A DNA stretch of 64,000 nucleotides from Mustelus asterias. Taxonomy: Eukaryota. Position numbers and translations under genes: made by a program. Shown here piece by piece: positions 1 through 13,262 of this stretch (position 1 is its first letter; each line of letters begins with the position of its first letter). Under the pieces are notes generated by a model. The model saw only the letters and a program-made list of their open reading frames with translations. It was not told the origin of the DNA and ran no database searches. The stretch is taken from the NCBI RefSeq assembly GCF_964213995.1, contig NC_135808.1:27962001-28026000 (forward strand), given 5' to 3'.

Positions 1-570
1 GTATCAGCCTTTAATCCCATTTTTGTATTCAATGCCTTCCCCTTAGTGATGGTTATTACACCAAGTTCCTCTGCATTAACGACAGGTTTTTTGGAAAATT
101 TTCATTGTACGCTACCATGAAGACAGAGGCAAAATATTGGTTTAGTGCCTCCGCCATCTATGTTCTCCATTAATATCTCACCAGTATTCTGCTCTAAAGG
201 GCTAATATTTCCTTTAGCTATTCTCTTCCTCTTTATATACCTTTGAAAGCTTTTGGTATCTGTGTTTTCTGCTGGTTTCCGTTATAGTTCACCTAAGCTC
301 TTTTGAATCTATTTTTAATAGCCTTTTTTCTGTAACTTAAAATTCTCCCAATCCTCTCGCTTACCACTAGATTTGCAGTTTGGTATGCCCTTCTTTTTGC
401 TTTTATGTCCTCTGACCTCTTTGTCTGGTCATGGAATGTTTTTCTTCCTTTTAAAATTCGCCTTCCTCTCAAGAACATACTTTCATTGAGAGTTATTCAC
501 TATCGCCCTGAACATCACCATTGTTCCTCAACTGTCCTGCCCTCAACTATTTGTGCCCCGTGTATTTGGG
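1..570 (-). mobile_element. Degenerate CR1 LINE ORF2 fragment
   Basis: Reverse complement resembles the CR1 ORF2 linker region (KKAIK..., MAEALNQYFASVF-like sequence near 120-160). Confidence 0.6.
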
Positions 571-984
571 CCAACTCCTCTCTCAGGCCCGTGGTTCATT
601 CAGTTATCCGAAGTGACATTTGGGAGGGAAAAAGAGTAATATAAATGGAGGATGAGGTGGGTGTAGAACTCCAGTCAACCTGCTCAGAGATCATCTCTGT
701 GATTATGTTTCCAGCTCAATGAGGACAGAGGCACTGCTGAATCTGGTTCGTCTTTAATTATTTGTTTGTGGGTTGAGATTGCCCATTTAACTATTAATTT
801 GAGAAGGAGGCTTTGACCCGCCTTTAAAGCTGGTGAACAATGTGGAACAGGAAGCTCCACTAACAACTCTGTTCCCAATGGAGGAGAAGCCAGCATGTTT
901 GTGAAAAAGACAAGACACATGCATCTGAAACCGTCTTCAGATATAAGTGCCAAGAGGGTGACGCATCTCAAGTTTCTCCTGTGG

Positions 985-1310
985 TTGTAGCTACATTATT
1001 TTTATGGCTATTCTCGTTAAATTTCTGGTCAATGGTCGCCCCACAGGATGTTGATGATTTGGGATTTCAGCTATGGTAATCCCACTGAACGTCATGGGGA
1101 GATGGTTAGATTCTATCTCATTGGAGATTTTTACTGCCTGGCACTTGTCTGACTTGTCATTTACAAGTCCATGTCTGATTGTTGTCCAGATCTTGTTGCA
1201 TGTGGACACAGACTGCTTCAGCAACTGAGAAATCATGCTGAACACAGAATATTGTTCAATCGTTGGTAAAAGTCCGCATTTCTTATGGTGGAGGAAAGGC
1301 GATGGACAGA
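985..1310 (-). repeat. Left arm of a ~325-bp inverted repeat (inverted copy of 1926-2250)
   Basis: ORFs 991..1245(-) and 1991..2206(+) share an identical 62-aa stretch. By eye, nucleotide complementarity extends over 985-1310 versus 1926-2250 with few mismatches. Confidence 0.92.
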
Positions 1311-1329
1311 AACCAGTCTTCAGCCAATT

Positions 1330-3035
1330 CGATTAACTCACACAACATCAAGAATTGACAAAGGGCATTGTCAACAGAAGAACTTTAGGACTGAAGACTT
1401 GTGCGCTAGAGCCAACTGTCCCCGAGGCACACTGACCCAATACAGCTAATACAATGGGATCTAATTGCCCAGTTAGGCCAAACATTGCAGGACAATCCCA
1501 ATTGCTCCACCGGTCTACTCTTGAGCATCCAAAAAATGATGGAATGGATCATTGACAATGCTGTCAAGTAGCACTTAGACAGCAATAATCTGCTCACTAA
1601 TGCTCAGTTTTGGGTCCATCAGGAAGGCGGCTCTAGACCTCATTACAGCCATGGTCCAAACATAGGCAGAAGAATTGAAATCCAGAGGGAAGGTGACAGT
1701 GACTATCATGGACATTGAAGCCACAATTGGACGGCATCAAGGAATCATCGTAAAATCAAAGTAACATGATTTTGTGGGTGGAGGGAGCTCGTTGAAAGGA
1801 ACACACAACTTATTGGAGTTACATTCAGCACAAAAGGAAGATGGTTGTGTTTGCTGGAGGTGAATCATCTTCGCCCCAATATATTACTGTAAGGTAGTGA
1901 CCTAGCCTCAAATGTCTTCAGCTGCTCTGTCCATCACCTTTCCTCCACCATAAGAAATGCAGACTTTCACCAACGATTGCACAATATTCTGTGTTCAGCA
2001 TGATTTCTCAGTTGCTGAAGCAGTCTGTGTCCACATGCAACAAGATCTGGACAACAATCAGACATGGACTTGTAAATGACAAGTCAGACAAGTGCCAGGC
2101 AGTAAAAATCTCCAATGAGATAGAATCTAACCATCTCCCCATGACATTCAGTGGGATTACCATAGCTGAAATCCCAATCATCAACATCCTGTGGGGCTAC
2201 CATTGACCAGAAATTTAACGAGAATAACCATAAAAATAATGTAGCTACAAGGACAGGTCAGAGGCTAATAATTCTGTTGTAATTCACTGCCCAACTTCCT
2301 CGAATACGTGGACCATTTAGAAAGCATACGTCATGAGTGTTAAATTCTTCAGTACAGAGGAGTATCTGCAAAAACTCACTGCACAGGCATCAGGGAACAC
2401 AGATCTGTATTGCAATCTTACTCGCTTCACACGCCAAATGACAAGTGCCCTCTCAGGGTGGACCACAGGCAGATCACCCCACACCCCAGGTCGCCTGATT
2501 ATTTCCCTTAAAGTGGCTACACCCCAATATAGATTTCAGGGAAAATGATGAAATATTCTCCCTTTAGATGGGCACAGCTCCAACAACACTGAAGAAGCTC
2601 AACAGCATCAAGGACAAAGCAGCTTGTGATTGGCATCCCATCCATCACCTTTAACTTCCACACTCTTCATTACCGACACACAGTGGCAATAATGTGTACC
2701 ACCTACAAGATTTATTTAATTAATTCACCAGGTCTCCTTCAAAAGCAGCTTCCAAATCCATGAGCACTACCACCTTGAAGAAGAAGCACAGCAGATATTT
2801 TGGAGCACAACTTCCTGCAAGTTACCTTCCAATTGACACAGCATTCTGACATTGAAAGAGCAGTGATGTATATTCAATGACGCTGTGTTAAAAACTTTGG
2901 AATACATCTCCAACAGTACTGTGGGCAGACCTGCTGTGGTTCAAGAAGGTGGCTTACTACTGGCCTGTCAAGGGATTGACAGATGAGTAACAGATGCTGA
3001 CGATGCCAGCGATGCTCATATCTCAAGAAAGAATA
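1330..3035 (+). mobile_element. Old non-LTR retrotransposon (L2/CR1-group) RT and 3' region, heavily decayed
   Basis: Similar to 16210-17080 (which retains FADDCT) and to the reverse complement of 60190-60560. Shared 3' end ...agccagcgatgcccacatccca...aataaa. Confidence 0.6.
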
Positions 3036-3039
3036 AATT

Positions 3040-3770
3040 AAAGTGGGACATCTTTTCGTGGGGGTACATTTTGGGGAACAATGACTACATTAATATCAGC
3101 TCCCAAGGGAAGAGGATAAGGAAAATGAAATATGAAAATGCTCATTTGGAGGACTGAGCAAGGGGAGAGACTGTGAGCAGGCTTGATGTATTCCAACAAG
3201 GGGAAAAAAAGATAATCTACAGCAAGAGCTCTGCCAATGGTTGAAGATATCAAGGGTGAATGCAAGGAATGGGAAATACGTTTGTATTGAAATGATAGCC
3301 TGTTATATACTGGGTCAGTTTTTTTATTTTCTTTTAACTTGACAAATGTTACCAAGATGTTTAATTTCAAACAAACTAACATAACAGTGAGCTTTTATTG
3401 TATGAATTTCAGTTGCAAGAAGAAGGAGTTTTGACAGGGTGGATGGAGAGAGGACGTTTACTTTTGTTGGAGAATCTAGAATTAGGCGGTCAATGTTTTA
3501 AAATAATGGATCGGCCATTTAAAACAGAGATGAGGAGAATATTTTTGGTTCAGAGGGTCATGGGTCTCTGAAACTCTCTACATCTAAAGGCTATGAAAGC
3601 AGAATCTTTGAATATTTTTAAAGCTGAGCCCGACAGATTCTTGATTAGTAAGGGGGTATGAGGTGATCAGTCAGGTGGAATGTAGGGATGAGATTACAAT
3701 CAAATCAGTCATGATCTTATTGAATGGTGGAGCATGGTTCATGGGGCTGAGTGGCTGACTCATTTGAATG
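3040..3770 (+). mobile_element. Decayed CR1 fragments including the 3' end
   Basis: Contains CR1 ORF2 C-terminal motifs (gagatgaggagaat...cagagggtc) and the 3' UTR (atgatcttattgaatggtggagca). Confidence 0.55.
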
Positions 3771-5235
3771 CAAAAATCACTCAGCTGCTCACAAACGATA
3801 AGTCTGTTTCAGTTGAGTTTCACCCACATGGAAATTAAAATAAAAAAGAGAAAGAGAACACATGAGAAACTAAAATTCACAACACAGTGACAGATAGTGA
3901 AGATCGGAGCTCTGAGAAATGAAATATGGAACAAGGAGGAAGTATGAACAGGAACCCACAAACAATTGCCTAAATATACAAATAGTAAAAGGACAGTCAA
4001 AAGAAGAGTGGAGAATGTTTGAGACAAGGAGAATGGAGCTCTTTGATTTTTTTTTTTAGCTATTCAATTAGACCATGGATGTTCTATATTCCAACACCAT
4101 GTCGCTTAACATCTTTAGCAGGGAAAAATATAAAAATCACTCTGGTTAAAAGTGAATTGATATATCATCTATTGCTTTGCTTGGCAGTGTTCCATACCTA
4201 CCATTGTTTGTGTGAAGTGCTTCCTCACTCTCTTCGGATAATTGAATATATTAAGAGTGAGTTTAGTCTATGTAAGAACTGGTAAATTTAAAGGTTATGT
4301 CCCTGATCCCAGAGTTTCTCCAATAGAGCAAAATGTTTCTCTTCTTCGGTGCATCAATCCTTTCAAAATCCAAAAGACCCTAATCAATCACCCCTTACCA
4401 TCTAAATTCCATGTAACACGAGCCTTGTTTTTTCAATCTGTCCTCATAATCTAAACATTGGAGCAGTGGTAACATTCTGGTAATTCTGTGCTGCACTACT
4501 TCCAAGGCCAATTTATCTTTTCTAAAGGTATGGCGCTCAGAATTGTACACAGAGCGCTGGATGTGGCTGAGTACAGGCTATTCACAACATACAAAATATT
4601 CTGATCTACCAAGCTCCAAACTGGCTAGTTTCTCATATTCCTACACTAAATTCCACCAGCCATACTCACTTTCTCTCAATGTCTTATATTAATTTCATGC
4701 TCCCGTCCACGCCACTTACGATGTCACCAATGTTTGTGTGCTATGGATACGTAAGCTCTCTATTTCTCTAATGGGCAGCATAGTGGCAAATTTCACAGCA
4801 TCTTTTTCCTGTCTACTAATTTCTCAAATGAGTACACCAGATACAAACTCTGCTTTGCAAATCCACGCTGTGATTCTCCAATCAACTCAAATTTAACTAA
4901 CAGGACTATATTTTCCTGATTTCTTTCTTTTTAAATAATGGAGTTACATAAGTAATTTTCCAAAGTATTGAGACAATTCCAGAAAACTTGGGAAATAATG
5001 GCTAAAACACCTGCAATTTGCTCACCTACTTCCTTTAAAATCCAAGGGATGTGTTAGCTTTTACTGTCGTTACTTTCTCGAACACTCTTTTCTTGTTTAC
5101 ATTAATTTAGTAATTCCAGTCCAGAGAATTTATTGGGGATCAAGGACTGTGAGAGAAATTACCCTCTTCCTTGAATGTGAAAATTGACAAAGGCCGAATG
5201 TGCCATTCAGCAGAATGTACCATTCTTTAATACAT

Positions 5236-5480
5236 GGGGCGGAAGGTGGCTCGCACTGCTGCCTCACAGTGCCAGGGACCGGGGATCGATTCCCGGCTTG
5301 GGTCACTGCCTGTGTGGACTTTACATGTTCTTCCCATGTCTGCATAGATTTCCTCCGTGTGCTCCGGTTTCCTCTCTCAGTCTGAAAGACATGCTGGTTA
5401 GGTGCAATGACCAAAAGAGGCGCGACTAGGGGAATTTCACAGTAGCTTCATTGCAATGTTAATATAAGCCTTACTTGTGA
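5236..5480 (+). mobile_element. tRNA-derived shark SINE (HE1/V-SINE-like head, different tail)
   Basis: gcactgctgcctcacagtgccagggaccggggatcgattcccggcttgggtcactg, with a B-box-like motif and the V-SINE central domain. Confidence 0.7.
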
Positions 5481-6334
5481 TTAATGCATCAACTTGAATT
5501 TACTTCTCCTCACGTTTTATAAAAGAAACCACATTAACTATTTATTTTACAACATTTTTGTTAAAACTGTGTAAACCTCGATGCAAGTTTCATTTTGAAG
5601 TTCATGCAGTAGCTTTTAATGTATTTTTTGGTCCCTTAACTGCTTTCTACTCGACCCCCCCTAGTCCTTTGGGTCTACACTTTGCTTTTGTCTTGAGTTT
5701 TATGTTATCCTTCACTTCCTTTGCTGGTCATACCTGTTCTTTTCCCTGAACAGGATTCCCTGCCAATCCTGCATTAGAATCACAGTCATTGATGGCACAG
5801 AATGCTGCTATCATCTGCATACCAGCTCCCCATGAAGCAATCCAGTCAGTCCCACTCCCCATCCATCACTCTGCAGTTTTATTTATTTCCAGCGCCTATC
5901 CAATTTTGTCTTGAAATATTGGACTCTTCCTGCTTCCACCACACTCATGGGCAGTGAGTTCCAGGTCATTACTTCACGCATGAAAGAAATCTTCCTCACA
6001 TCCCCCTGTATCTCTTGCTCAAAATCTTCAATCTGTGTCCTCTAGTCCGTGCACTATTAGCGAAAGGAAATAAATTTTCCTTGGATGACCTCATCTAAAC
6101 CTGGAATAACCTTTTACAGCTCTCTCAAAATTCCCCTTCATCTCCTTTGCCCCAAAGAGATCAATGCCAGGCTTTCCAATGAATGCTGTAATGAAAACCC
6201 ACAGAAACATTCTGGTGAACCTCCTCTGAAAACCTTCAAGAATCTTCACAACTTTCCGAAAGTGTAATGGCCACAGTTGTAAATAATCCCATGAATAATT
6301 GGCTGAACAGAAGGCTGCTGAGTAAGCTAAGAGC

Positions 6335-8550
6335 CGATCGTGTTCGAGGCAAGTGACTGGCATGGATAGAAAATTGGCTGACTAGCAGAAGGCAGAGAGT
6401 GGGGATAAAAATGGGTCCTTTCCAGGGAGGCAGCCGCTGACGAGTGGAGCTCTGCAGGGGTCAGTATTGGAACCACAAGTTTTCACTTTATACAATCATG
6501 GTCTAGATGAAGGAACTAAGGGTGTTGTGGCTAAGTTTGTAGATCATACAAAAGATAGATGCAGGGACAGGTAATACTGAGGATGGGGGAGGCTACAGAA
6601 GCATTTGAACAGGTGGGAGAGTGGACAAAGAAGTGGTAGATGCAATAAAATGTGCGAAAGTGTAAGGTTATGCACTTTGGTAGGAAGAATAGAGGCACAG
6701 ACTATTTCCTAAATGGGGAGTGATTTCTAAAATTGGAAGCGCAAAAGGACTTGGGAGTCCGAGATCAGGATTCTCTCAAAGTTAACTTGCAGGTTGGGTT
6801 GGTAGTTAGGATGCCAAATGCAATGTTAGCATTCATTTCGAGAGGACTAGAATACAAAAGCAGGGATGTACTGCTGAGGCTTTATAAGGCTCTGGAGCAT
6901 TATGAGCAATTTTGGGCCCCCTATTTAGGGAAGGACGTGCTGTCCTTGATGACGGTCTAGAGGATGTTCACAAGAATGATCCCAGGAATTAAAAACTTGA
7001 CATATAAGGAGTGTTTGAGGACTCTGGGTCTATACTCAATGGAGTTTAGAGGGATGTGGGGTATCTCATCGAAACTTAGAGAATACTGAAAGGCCTGCGT
7101 AAAGTGGATGCGGGAAAGATGTTTCCATTAGTCCATTGGGGGTAGGGTGTTAGTGTGGATTGGGGATTGGCTATCCAACAGGAAGCAGAAAGTCGGAATA
7201 AATGGGTGCTTTTCTAGTTGGCAGATGGTAACAAGTGTTGTGCCGTAGGGATCGGTACTGGGGCCTCAACTATTTACCATTTATGTAGACGATCTGGAGG
7301 AGGGGGCTGAGTGTAGGGTAACAAAGTTTGCAGACGACACAAAGAAGTGGAAAAGTGAATCGTGTGGAGGGCGTAGAAGGTCTGCAGAGAGATTTGGACA
7401 GGCTGAGTGAGTGGGCGAGGATCTGGCAGATGGAGTATAACGTTGACAAATCCGAGGTTATTCACTTTGGAGGAAATAATAGCAAATTGGATTCTTATCT
7501 AAATGGAAAAAAATTACAACATGCTACTGTGCAAAGGGACCTGGGGGTCCTTGTGCATGAGACGCAAAAACCCAGTCTGCAGGTGCAACAGGTGATCAAG
7601 GCGGCAAGTGGGATGTTAGCCTATATCGCAAGGGGGAGACAATATAAAAGCAGAGATGTCTTGCTGCATCTGTATAGGGCATTGGTGAGGCCGCAGCTGG
7701 AATACTGTGTGCAGTATTGGCCCCCTTATTTGCGGAAGGATATATTGGACTTGGAGGGAGTGCAGAGAAGGTTCACCAGGTTGATACCAGAGATGGGGGC
7801 TGTTGATTATGAGGAGAGACTGAGCAGATTGGGTTTGTACTCGTTGGAATTTAGAAGGTTGAGGGGGGATCTTATAGAGACCTATAAGATAATGAAGGGG
7901 CTGGATAGGGTAGAGGTGGAGAGATTCTTTCCACTGAGAAAGGAAGCTAGAACTAGAGGGCACGGCCTCAAAATAAAGGGGGGTCAGTTTAGGACAGAAT
8001 TGAGGAGGAACTTCTTCTCTCAGAGGGTGGTGAATCTCTCGAATTCTCTGCCTACTGAAGTGGTAGAGGCTACCTCGTTGAGTGTGTTTAAATCACGGAT
8101 AGATGGATTCTTGATCGGTAAGGGAATTAGGGGTTATAGGGATCAGGCGGGTAAGTGGAACTGATCCACTTCAGATCAGCCATGATTTTATTGAATGGCG
8201 GGGCAGTTTCGAGGGGTTAGATGGCCTACTCCTATTTCTTATATTATTCAGAAAAGCTAGGTTCCATGGGCACAGTCTCAGATTAAAGGGGACACCCTTT
8301 AGAACCGCAATAAGGAGGAATTTCTTCAGCCAGAGGGTGGTGAATCTGTACACTTCATTGCCACAGAAGGCTGTGGAAGCTCGGTCATTGAGTATATTTA
8401 GGCAGAGATAGATGTGTTCTTGATTGGTAAATCGGATCAAAGGTTGTGGGGGAAAGGCGGGCGAAAGCAGTTGAGAAACGTGCCAGTCACGATTGAATGG
8501 CGGAGCAAACCTGATGGGCTGAATGACTAAACTCTGTTCCTTTATCTTGG
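6335..8550 (+). mobile_element. Older CR1 3' half (6335-7135 and 8250-8550) interrupted by a younger CR1 (about 7137-8248)
   Basis: ORF 6733..6960 and ORF 7328..8164 both encode the CR1 RT C-terminus (LAFISRGLEYKS, LEYCVQYW, RRLRGDLIETYKI). The older copy resumes after the younger copy's 3' tail. Confidence 0.85.
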
Positions 8551-9599
8551 GGTACGAAGGTTCAGCATACCTTGCCAGCTCATGTAATTGTGCTTCTCTT
8601 TATCAAACCCAAAGTCTGTACGAAGTGAAATTATTCTTTCAACTTCTCCCAAAGTTTGTCCCAATGTTTAACAGACAATACTTTTGACTAGTTTGCTGTA
8701 GTCAGTCTCTGTCTCATCTCATTAATAACTAGTCTTACCAAAATGCAAAATCTCAGTAACTGGCATTTTTTTTTCTTTTCGAAAACAACATTGAATGTGA
8801 TCTACCATGATCACTGCTCAATCAATGTTCCTTTTTTGTGAAGTGAATTACATCTGGTTCATTGCTCAATCCTAAATCAAGAACACCTTGCCTTCGTCTT
8901 GGTTCTGGAACATTATGGCAAAAAGCTGTGTTGAATTAAGATACTAAATATTTTTCCTGACATCAATTACTATGGTTCTCTTAATTTACGTGAAGTTTAA
9001 AGTCTCCCATTAAAAAGAAACCTCTTTGTTTGCTATAAGCCTTTCTAATCTCTTCATTAATATGTTCTGTCACTTTGTACAGACAGCCTGTGGACAAATC
9101 CCCTTGTATTCATATGTCATTTTATCTTTCACAATCCAAACAGAAATACAATCCTCAACTTTTCCTAACCTAACTCCTCTCTTTTTAAACGTTAGAATAT
9201 TCCAAGGCAAAATTGTCAGCTTATCCATTAGATACTAGCCTTTCCTCCTGGAAACGTATTCCCCACGTCCATTCTATCCAGGCCTTTCATTATTCTGTAA
9301 GTTTCAATGAGATTTTACTTCCCCCCCCTCCGAAACTCCATCGACTACAGACCTAAAGACCTCAGCTGCTCCTTATACATCAAGCTTTTCATTCCTGGGA
9401 TCAATCATTCTCGTGAACCTCCTCTGGACCCTCTCCACGGCCAGAACATCCTTCCTCAGAAAGGGGGCCCAAAATTGCTCACAATATTATTAAATGTGGT
9501 CTGACCAGAGCCTTACAAAGCCTCAGCAGTATATTCCTGCTTTTGTATTCTCGTCCTCTTGAAATAATTGCAAACATTGCATTTGCTTTCCTAACTACC

Positions 9600-10940
9600 A
9601 AGTTAAAAGGCAGATTAAGGAAAGATGATGTGTTCGACCGGAGCAAAGAAGAGAGGAGCGATTTGTGAGTTCAGCTAAAGGGGGTAAGAAATTGATTATT
9701 TTTACTTACTTTTTCGCAGGGTTTGTTGTTACAGTCGTTTAAATTTGAGAAGCGGAAGTAGGCCGCCCGTGGGGCGACCTGGGAAGGCATTTAGATTTTT
9801 TTTAAGCGCGCGGGAGGTTTAAAAAGCAGGCCGCAGTATCCAGCGGGCAGCGTTGAGAGCGGGCAGTGGAGTTAGAAAGGAGCAGAGTGAGAGCTGAAGG
9901 GTTTGGCACTAAGGGCTTAGGCAGAAAGGGCGAGGCAGGGTAAGTTTAATTCTTAATTACTTTTCTCTGTGTTCCTTGAAATAAAAAGGGAAATTATGAG
10001 TGTGAGGCCAGTCTGTTGTTCCCAATGTACGATGTGGGAGGTCCTGGAGGCTCCTGGCCTCCCAGACGTCCATATCTGTGATGGGTGTGTCGAGCTGCGG
10101 TTCCTAAGGGACCGTGTTAGAGAACTGGAATTGCAGCTCGAGGATCTTCATCTGGTTAGGGAAAATGAGGAGGTGATAGACAGGAGCTATCAGCAGGTGG
10201 TCACACCAGGGCCACGGCAGGCAGACAAGTGGGTAACGTCCAGGAAGGGGAAAGCTCGGGTGATAGAGAGCACCCCGGTGGATGTGCCCCTTCACAATAA
10301 GTACTCCTGTCCGAGTACTGCTGCGGGGGAGGGGGGTAAGCAGCAGTGGCCGTGTCTCTGGAGCAGAGTCCGGCCCTGTAACTCAGATTAAATCGGGCAA
10401 TTCAACAGTAAGGGGGTCGGACAGATGTTTATGCGGAGGCAGACGCGAGTCTCGGATGGTGGTCTGCCTCCCTGGTGCCGGGATGTCTCTGATCGCGTCC
10501 CAGATATCCTGAGGTGGGAGGGAGAGGAGCTAGAGGTTGTGGTAGATATTGGTACTGGTGACATAGGTAGAAAGAGGGAAGGGGTCATGAAAAGTGAATA
10601 TAGGGAGTTAGGTAGACAGTTGGGAAGGAGGAACGCAAAGGTAGTAATCTCGGGATTGCTGCCGGTGCCACGGGAAAGTGAAAGCAGGAATGGAGTGAGG
10701 TGGAGAATGAATGCGTGGCTGAGTGACTGGAGCAGGGGGCAGGGATTCAGGTTCCTGGATCATTGGGACCTCTTTCGGGGCAGCTGTGACCTGTATGAAA
10801 AAGATGGGTGGCACTTGAATCCCAGGGGGACCAAAATCCTGGCGGGAAGGTTGGCAAAGGCTACTGGGGAGACATTAAACCTGAAAGGTTGTGGGGAGGG
10901 AATCGAGATGAGGTGACTGAGAGTGAGGAGGTTAGCCCGC
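9600..10940 (+). mobile_element. CR1 5' portion: 5' UTR and frameshifted ORF1 (zinc finger, coiled coil, SGNH esterase)
   Basis: ORFs 9969..10391 (CSQC...CDGC...RVRELELQL) and 10425..10916 (DIGTGD, WDLF, DGWHLN). 5' UTR is homologous to 42670-42860. Confidence 0.85.
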
Positions 10941-11014
10941 AAATAACCTGCGGTTATCCTGACATACCCTTTTTGAACAAGGGTGTAACATTTCAATGGT
11001 TCAATTCTGTCCTT

Positions 11015-11450
11015 GTGTGACTATCTGTGTGGATATTGTACATTTTCTCCCTGCCCTTGTGGGTTTCCTCCGGCTGCTCTGGTTTCCTCCCATAGTCCAA
11101 GGCAATGCAGGTTAGATGGATTGGCCACGGTCAATGCATGGACACAGTCCAAAGACGGGTTAGGTTGATTGGCCAGGTTAAAAATTGCCCCTTAGAGTCC
11201 TGGGATGTGTAGGTTAGAGGGATTAGCGGGTAAATATGTGGGGGTAGGGCCTGGGTGGGATTGTGGTCGGTGCTGACTCGATGGGCCGAATGGCCTCCTT
11301 CTGCACTGTAGGGTTTCTATGATTTCTATGATGGAGTTACAGGGATAGCTTGGGGGAGTGGGCCTCAGTAAAATTCTCGTTTGGAATGTCGGTGCAAATT
11401 CAATGGGCCGAATGGCTTCCTTCTGCATTGTAGGAATTCTATAGGTTTGC
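11015..11450 (+). mobile_element. Nested HE1-type SINE fragments
   Basis: gggtttcctccggctgctctggtttcctccc, ggccgaatggcctccttctgcactgtagggtttctatgatttctatga tails. Confidence 0.8.
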
Positions 11451-11681
11451 AATTCTCCAGACCTCTGGCAGCTCCCCGACTCTAGAGAAGACAGGAAGAT
11501 TACAACCGGCACCACTGCAATTGTCATTCTCACTTCCTTCAATATCTTTGGATGCATCTCAGGGAATGGTACAGATCCCCTTAAAATGGGGATTGGAAAA
11601 TAGACTTCCAGTCCCCTCTGAATTGCAGAATTTCAGAACACTCCTGCTAACCGACTGTTCATCTCCTTTTTCCTCACTCAC

Positions 11682-11954
11682 AGGGTCTCAGTTCCTGTTC
11701 TCCGTCCTTCAGGTATTTCTTCAGTGACTCAATGCACTCCTGCTCCAAGTAACGCTTCACATGCTTGTTGAAGCCAGGGGCCTGGTCCCACTTGTTCTTG
11801 CTCACCTCTCCCCAGTTCACACGAGTTACCCAGACCATGTGATCCTTGTCAAAGTTGACATAATCTTTCCCATCCCAGCCAAACTGCTCAAATCCACCGG
11901 TGCTCCCATCATCCCTCATCTCACAACCGTACATTAGCTGATAGGTGTGGGTTC
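11682..11954 (-). CDS. MHC class I heavy chain, exon 3 (alpha2 domain)
   Basis: ttcacag| acceptor and |GTGAGT donor; 273 bp. Translates (G)[90 protein letters not shown], with the C101/C164 disulfide pair, K146, W147, Y159 and Y171. Confidence 0.97.
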
Positions 11955-12019
11955 CTGTGAATCAAACACACACAGTCAGAGCCTGCTTCACAGGGACAAA
12001 TGTTATCCTCCATCGAGGA

Positions 12020-12210
12020 CAGAGAGAGACACACACACACAGAGCGACAGAGAGAGCCACACAGAGAGAGACACACAGAGAGAGCCACACAGAGAGAGCC
12101 AGACAGAGAGAGACACACAGAGAGAGACACACAGAGAGAGACACACAGAGAGAGACACACAGAGAGAGACACACAGAGAGAGACACACACAGAGACCGGG
12201 GGGGGGGGGG
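12020..12210. repeat. Compound (AGAGAGAGACACAC)n minisatellite plus poly-G in MHC intron 2
   Basis: A 14-bp unit repeated about 12 times, followed by a G run. It accounts for the low-complexity ORFs at 11921-12471. Confidence 0.95.
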
Positions 12211-12440
12211 TGAACAGAGAGAGACACAGAAAGGGAATAGAGATACTCTGTGGGAATAGGGAGTCATGGAGCAATAGAGAGAAAGAGGTCGAACAGAGAA
12301 ATATAGTGGGAGGAAAAAGAGATTGATATGAGGAATGAGTACAAAGACATGGGCGGATCGAGAGACACGGAAAAACATGGTGAAATTAAGAGGCACAGAG
12401 TGAATTGAGAGACAAGCGGGTGAATGCAGACACATAGCAT

Positions 12441-12735
12441 CTACAGTGCAGGAGGAGGGCATTTCGCCCATCGAGCCTGCACCGTCAACAAACCTTCCCA
12501 GGTCCTATCCCCGTAACCCCATATATTTACCCTCCTAATTCCCCTGACACTAAGGGACAACTTAGCATGGCCAATCAATCCAACCCGCACATCTTTGGAC
12601 TGTGGGAGGAAACCAGACACGCAGAGGAAGCCCACAGGGAAAATGTGCAAACGCCAGACAGACAGTCACCCGAGGCAGGAATTGAACCCACATCCCTGGC
12701 TCTATGAGGCTGCAGTACTAATGACTGTGGGGCAC
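12441..12735 (-). mobile_element. HE1-type SINE in MHC intron 2
   Basis: Reverse complement of the SINE consensus seen elsewhere in the window (ctacagtgcaggaggaggc...tttggactgtgggaggaaacc). Confidence 0.85.
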
Positions 12736-13262
12736 CCCTCATGGGGTGACAGAAAGATAAGGGGAAAAGCAACATGGGAGGGAATAGAGTGATAGTGGCT
12801 TGAGGCAAGGGGGGATGGGGGGGGGGGGTTGTGGCGGGGAGGCAGAAAGTAATGGAGACATATGGGAAAGGGCTCGAATCCCAAGACTTTTCATGCAGCC
12901 AACATGTGAGTAAGGTAGAAACAGTCAATGATTGGCCGCCCACCATTGGTATGTCTCTGGAAGGTGGTTCACCCTGGAATCTGATAATCCCCATTCCCAG
13001 TACGAGGGAGATTTCCCACGCTCCCCAGAAGATGGACCCCCTGCAACACTGTCAGCCCCTACCACCTACCCCCACTCTGTTCACCACCCTGGGACACAAG
13101 CAACTCTGTCCCCATCTCCCGTCCTTCAGTTCATTCCTAGCACCGATCCACCACATTAGATATACATGTAAACAACTCCCCGGTTCCCCAGTCTCGGGGT
13201 GTCACCCCTTCCCAGACCAGCCTATTGGATTAACTGTGCACAGTGAGACGGCAAGGACTCAC

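Noticed and set aside
684-971. 95-aa minus-strand ORF considered as the missing alpha3 exon
   Set aside because: It lacks the Ig-C1 Cys/Trp spacing and the FYP motif.
11921-12471. Several 74-169-aa ORFs on both strands (SLCVSL.., RERHTE..)
   Set aside because: They are translations of the AG/AC minisatellite, not proteins.
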